Shown one piece after another: positions 60,370 through 64,000 of a stretch of DNA of 64,000 bases (the stretch's first letter is position 1; every line of letters starts with the position of its first letter). The position numbers were made by a program, and so were the translations under genes. A model generated the notes under the pieces. It made no database searches and was not told the origin of the DNA. It worked only from the letters and a program-made list of their open reading frames with translations. Source of the DNA: an uncultured Pseudomonadota bacterium (GTDB lineage: Bacteria > Desulfobacterota > Binatia > Binatales > Binataceae); the NCBI GenBank assembly GCA_963837035.1, contig CAWIMH010000024.1:26385-90384 (forward strand), read 5' to 3'.

Positions 60370-61146
60370 ATGTTGATAGTGCGGATGATTGAGGCGATCG
60401 GCGCGTATGTCACCGATGGGATCACAGCCCTCGGTAATTTTGTGCTGTTCCTGGCGACCGCCCTGGTTTTTGTGATTGCGCCGCCCTACAAGCCGCGGCT
60501 GCTGATCCGCGAGGTGCGCTCGATCGGTGCCGATTCAATCTTCCTGGTCGGGCTGGTCGGCCTCTTCACCGGAATGGTGCTGGGTTTACAAGGCTACAAT
60601 ACGTTGCGCCGTTTCGGTTCGGAGGGCGCCTTGGGAACCGTCGTAGCGTTGGTGCTGGTACGCGAACTCGGGCCAGTCCTCGCCGCACTGATGGTCACCG
60701 CGCGGGCGGGTTCCGCGATGGCGGCCGAAATCGGCTCGATGCAGGCCACCGAGCAGATTGACGCCCTCAGCGTTATGGCGATCAATCCGGTTCAATATCT
60801 GGTATCACCGCGTGTCCTGGCCGGCGTGATTGGGTTTCCGCTGCTGACCGGTATCTTCGATGTAATCGGAATCTGGGGCGGTTGGGCGGTTGGGGTTGGC
60901 CTGATGGGTGCACCGAGCGGACCATTCTTCAATGGGATCGCGCACAATATGTCTTCCCACGATGTCGTTATCGGGCTGTACAAAGCCCTCGTTTTTGGTC
61001 TGGTCGTGATGTGGGTGTGCTGCTACAAGGGTTATCATGCGGCAAGAATGGCAACCGGAGTCAGTCGCGCGACAACGGATGCTGTAGTACTTTCTAGCGT
61101 GCTTATTCTCGCGTCGGACTATTTTTTGACGTCAATTCTCCTGTGA
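60370..61146 (+). CDS. mlaE: phospholipid ABC transporter permease MlaE
   Basis: 258-aa polytopic protein with the MlaE/Ttg2B pattern (LVRELGPVLAALMVTARAGSAMAAEIGSM). First gene of a mlaEFDC cluster. Confidence 0.85.
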   Translation: MLIVRMIEAIGAYVTDGITALGNFVLFLATALVFVIAPPYKPRLLIREVRSIGADSIFLVGLVGLFTGMVLGLQGYNTLRRFGSEGALGTVVALVLVRELGPVLAALMVTARAGSAMAAEIGSMQATEQIDALSVMAINPVQYLVSPRVLAGVIGFPLLTGIFDVIGIWGGWAVGVGLMGAPSGPFFNGIAHNMSSHDVVIGLYKALVFGLVVMWVCCYKGYHAARMATGVSRATTDAVVLSSVLILASDYFLTSILL

Positions 61147-61150
61147 TCTT

Positions 61151-61966
61151 TTGGAACCAATGGCTGATAGCGAAAATACGGTTGCGGCTGCGATTGCGGT
61201 TCGTGGGCTAAGGCGACGCTTCGGCCGGCAGCAGGTACTCAACGGCGTCGATTTGGATTGTCTCGCCGGCAAGATCACCACGATCGTGGGGCCCAGCGGA
61301 TGCGGTAAGACCGTGTTGCTCAAGCATCTGAACTTCCTCTTGCGGCCCGACGCTGGCCAGATTCTGGTCGACGGGCTCGACGTGACTCGCATGGGAACCC
61401 GCGCGCTCGACAGTGTGCGAGAGAAATTTGGTATGCTGTTTCAGGGTGGCGCGCTGTTCGACTCGATGACCGTGTTTGAGAATGTGGCCTTTCCCCTGGT
61501 AGAGAAGACTCATCTCGAGCGTCCGGAGATCGCCAGTCGTGTTCAGGAGATGCTTGCCCAAGTCGGTCTGCAGGGCATGGACGGTAAGTATCCCTCGGAG
61601 CTAAGTGGCGGCATGCAGAAGCGGGTGGCACTGGCGCGCGCGCTTATCCGACGCCCGAAAATCCTGATGCTCGATGAGCCGACTACCGGATTGGATCCGA
61701 CTCGCACCACCGCAATTCACGAACTGCTAAGACGTACCCAGCAACAATTCGGCCTGACTGCGGTGATGGTTAGTCATGACGTCCCGCATGTTTTCGACTA
61801 CTCCGATCGCGTGGCGTTTATGCATCTGGGGAAGATCGAACTGGCCGGCGCAGTGACCGAGGTAATCAATGCCAACGACGAGAATTTCCAGAGATTTTTG
61901 GCCGGCCGCGCCGCCGGAGAGGATGAACGACCATCATCCCAAGTCCTGGCCCAACCCGGAAGATGA
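61151..61966 (+). CDS. mlaF: phospholipid ABC transporter ATP-binding protein MlaF
   Basis: Walker A GPSGCGKT, signature LSGGMQKRVALARA and Walker B ILMLDEPTTGLD. Confidence 0.85.
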   Translation: MEPMADSENTVAAAIAVRGLRRRFGRQQVLNGVDLDCLAGKITTIVGPSGCGKTVLLKHLNFLLRPDAGQILVDGLDVTRMGTRALDSVREKFGMLFQGGALFDSMTVFENVAFPLVEKTHLERPEIASRVQEMLAQVGLQGMDGKYPSELSGGMQKRVALARALIRRPKILMLDEPTTGLDPTRTTAIHELLRRTQQQFGLTAVMVSHDVPHVFDYSDRVAFMHLGKIELAGAVTEVINANDENFQRFLAGRAAGEDERPSSQVLAQPGR

Positions 61967-61972
61967 TACGTA

Positions 61973-62491
61973 ATGTACGCAAGTCGCCTAACACAGTTTA
62001 TCGTCGGCCTCTTCGCGTTACTGGGCATCGCCGCCATGGTCTACCTGTCGGTGCGGCTCGGACGGGTCGATCTATTCCCAGCGCCTGGCTACACGATCTA
62101 TGCGAACTTCGACAACATTTCGGGGCTGAAGACCGGCGACCTGGTGGAGATTGCCGGCGTGGAGGTAGGAAAGGTCGCGGGTATTGCTCTGCGGGAAAAC
62201 CGCGCACACGTCGCGCTACGCCTGAACCCGGGGGTCAAAATCGACGACGACGCGATTGCGGCCGTCAAGACCAGCGGGATCATCGGCGACAAGTATATCT
62301 CGGTGGCCCTCGGTGGTGGCGAAAAGACGCTCAAGAACGACGATACCTTGCGCCAGACCCAATCGGCGTTCGTCCTCGAAGACGCGATCGGCCAATTGAT
62401 CAACAATTCAGGGTCGGGCTCGAGTTCCGGTTCCGGATCGAGCGCGAGTCAAGGATCGGGAGCGAACGGCGAGAGCAAGGACAAGAAGTAG
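61973..62491 (+). CDS. mlaD: MCE-domain protein MlaD
   Basis: N-terminal TM helix and MCE domain (NFDNISGLKTGDLVEIAGVEVGKV), with a Ser/Gly-rich tail. Confidence 0.8.
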   Translation: MYASRLTQFIVGLFALLGIAAMVYLSVRLGRVDLFPAPGYTIYANFDNISGLKTGDLVEIAGVEVGKVAGIALRENRAHVALRLNPGVKIDDDAIAAVKTSGIIGDKYISVALGGGEKTLKNDDTLRQTQSAFVLEDAIGQLINNSGSGSSSGSGSSASQGSGANGESKDKK

Positions 62492-62497
62492 GCCTCT

Positions 62498-63202
62498 ATG
62501 ATTTCATCGCTTTCGTGTAGGCGAACCAGAGATTCGTCGATGGTTGAAATTCGGCCCTCCACAGGCCGGATGGCCCGCGGGACCCTGATCGGTGTGATCG
62601 CCGGTCTGGCCCTCCTGCAGGCTGCGTTCGGGACACTCCCCACGCCGGCGCTAGCCGACAACGGTCCCATGTGGGTGACGCGGACGATGGTCGAGCAGGC
62701 GCTGCAAATCCTGCGGGACAAGCAGACGCCAATCGTCGAGCGGCGTCGGCAATTGCGTGCGGCGCTCGAGCCGCGAATGGATTTCAACGAGATGTCGCGC
62801 TCGGCGCTCGGCTATCACTGGCGCTCTCTAAGCCCTCAGCAACGCACCGATTTCTCGTCGCTCTTTACCGCTTTTATCGAGGACGCTTATCTCAGCAAAA
62901 TCCAGGACTATTCGGGCCAACGGGTCGATTACCTGAAAGCGAATCCGATTGGGGCGGGCTACAGTCGAGTGGATACCGCCATCGTCCAGCAGGGCAAGCA
63001 ACCGCTAAAGGTGGCATATCTGCTCGAGAATAAGGGTGGGGAGTGGCTGGTTTATGACGTTACAGTTGACAATATTAGCATTGTTGCTAACTATCGTAAC
63101 CAATTTAATCGTGTTATAAATGACCAGGGCTTCGATAAGCTCATGACGGATCTTAGGGCCAAACAAAGGGAACTTGCCACATTGGTGGGCGATGCGCGCT
63201 AG
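62498..63202 (+). CDS. mlaC: phospholipid-binding periplasmic protein MlaC (Ttg2D family)
   Basis: MDFNEMSRSALGYHWRSLSPQQR, FIEDAYLSKI and WLVYDVTVDNISIVANYRNQF. The true start may be MARGTLIG near 62570. Confidence 0.75.
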   Translation: MISSLSCRRTRDSSMVEIRPSTGRMARGTLIGVIAGLALLQAAFGTLPTPALADNGPMWVTRTMVEQALQILRDKQTPIVERRRQLRAALEPRMDFNEMSRSALGYHWRSLSPQQRTDFSSLFTAFIEDAYLSKIQDYSGQRVDYLKANPIGAGYSRVDTAIVQQGKQPLKVAYLLENKGGEWLVYDVTVDNISIVANYRNQFNRVINDQGFDKLMTDLRAKQRELATLVGDAR

Positions 63203-63411
63203 CGGTAACGTAGTCTGCCATTTGCATTTGAGCTAGCGTTGATGTGGAGCTTCGATCGCCAAAGGTGGGCGCTGAGTTTACGTCGCCAATGGTCGTAACG
63301 GAGAATCGTAACGTAGGAATGACGCGATCGGCAGTCGTAAAGCGAATGACAGGTTGGAGTTCGGATCTTATTCGGCCCAGCTCCATTTGCTTCGCGAGGG
63401 GAGGAACGGCT

Positions 63412-64000
63412 TTGCTCAAAACAATATCTGCGGCGATGGTCCTGGCGTTGGCAATGTGGGTCCCGCCCGTCATTGCTGAAGATCAGGCGCCGCCTCATCC
63501 ACCGGGCGAGTATGCGCAGCCTTACAGCGACTCGCTCGCCCCGTTCAACGAAAAAATGTTCTGGTTCAACCTGAAACTCGATCACTACGTCCTGCATCCC
63601 GTAGCGCAGGGCTACGCTACGGTTGCGCCCACACCCGTACGCGAAAGTGTCGGCAGGTTTTTCGACAACGTCGAATTCATTCCGCGCTTCGCCAACAATC
63701 TGTTTCAACTGCGGTTCACGCAGGCGGCGGGGGAAGTGGGACGTTTCGGGATCAATTCGACCTTGGGCGTCGGCGGGCTGTTCGATGTCGCGGACAATTG
63801 GTTCGGACTAAAGGAGAACCGCAACGATTTTGGTCTGACTCTGGGCCATTATGGCGTACCGCCGGGAGCCTACATCGTATGGCCATTCCTCGGCCCCTCG
63901 ACGGTGCGCGACACGGTCGGGACCGCGGCTGACGGCGCGATGTGGCCGTTGCCGTATTTTGTACCGTGGTACATCTCGCTACCTGCGGACGGCGGCAAGC
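63412..64000 (+). CDS. mlaA: lipoprotein MlaA/VacJ (3' end outside the window)
   Basis: TTG at 63412 follows GGGAGGA. The frame is open to the window end and reads FWFNLKLDHYVLHPVAQGY, GINSTLGVGGLFDVA and DFGLTLGHYGVPPGAYIVWPFLGPST. Confidence 0.75.
   Translation, partial: MLKTISAAMVLALAMWVPPVIAEDQAPPHPPGEYAQPYSDSLAPFNEKMFWFNLKLDHYVLHPVAQGYATVAPTPVRESVGRFFDNVEFIPRFANNLFQLRFTQAAGEVGRFGINSTLGVGGLFDVADNWFGLKENRNDFGLTLGHYGVPPGAYIVWPFLGPSTVRDTVGTAADGAMWPLPYFVPWYISLPADGGK

Overview
High-GC (~60%) chromosomal window from a diderm bacterium, in four parts. (1) 1-15.5 kb: housekeeping genes (ftsK, uppP, threonine dehydratase, VKOR, M3 peptidase, fused aroD-aroE). (2) 15.5-26.7 kb: an ~11.2-kb imperfect palindrome. 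A five-gene module (PgeF, ABC-2 permease, ABC ATPase, IHF-like protein, beta-propeller protein) occurs twice in inverted orientation around a unique 50-nt spacer. The arms differ partly by codon-respecting, mostly synonymous substitutions, which indicates real divergence. They also differ by clusters of 1-nt indels, and some blocks of 230-560 nt are identical. (3) 27.3-36 kb: a tetrapyrrole cluster (hemB, cobA/hemD fusion, hemC, hemA, ccsA-like, sirC). It is split by a ~1.7-kb lower-GC islet carrying a BrnT/BrnA-like toxin-antitoxin pair next to tRNA-Asn. (4) 36-64 kb: a Tad/Cpa pilus core (cpaB, cpaC, cpaE, cpaF, tadB, tadC) with no recognisable pilin, prepilin peptidase or pseudopilins. It sits behind a 1.1-kb ORF-poor leader with a good sigma-54 promoter match and faces an NtrC-type activator that lacks the phospho-acceptor Asp. 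A second tRNA-Asn, assorted metabolic genes, cofC and a complete mlaEFDC-mlaA cluster follow. At least 17 conserved genes across the window have broken reading frames, often at short homopolymers, so the consensus is probably indel-rich; I would not read these as true pseudogenes without better reads. I saw no CRISPR array, rRNA, transposase or integrase. The palindrome is the most unusual structure, and I could not decide from sequence alone whether it is biological or a mis-join.
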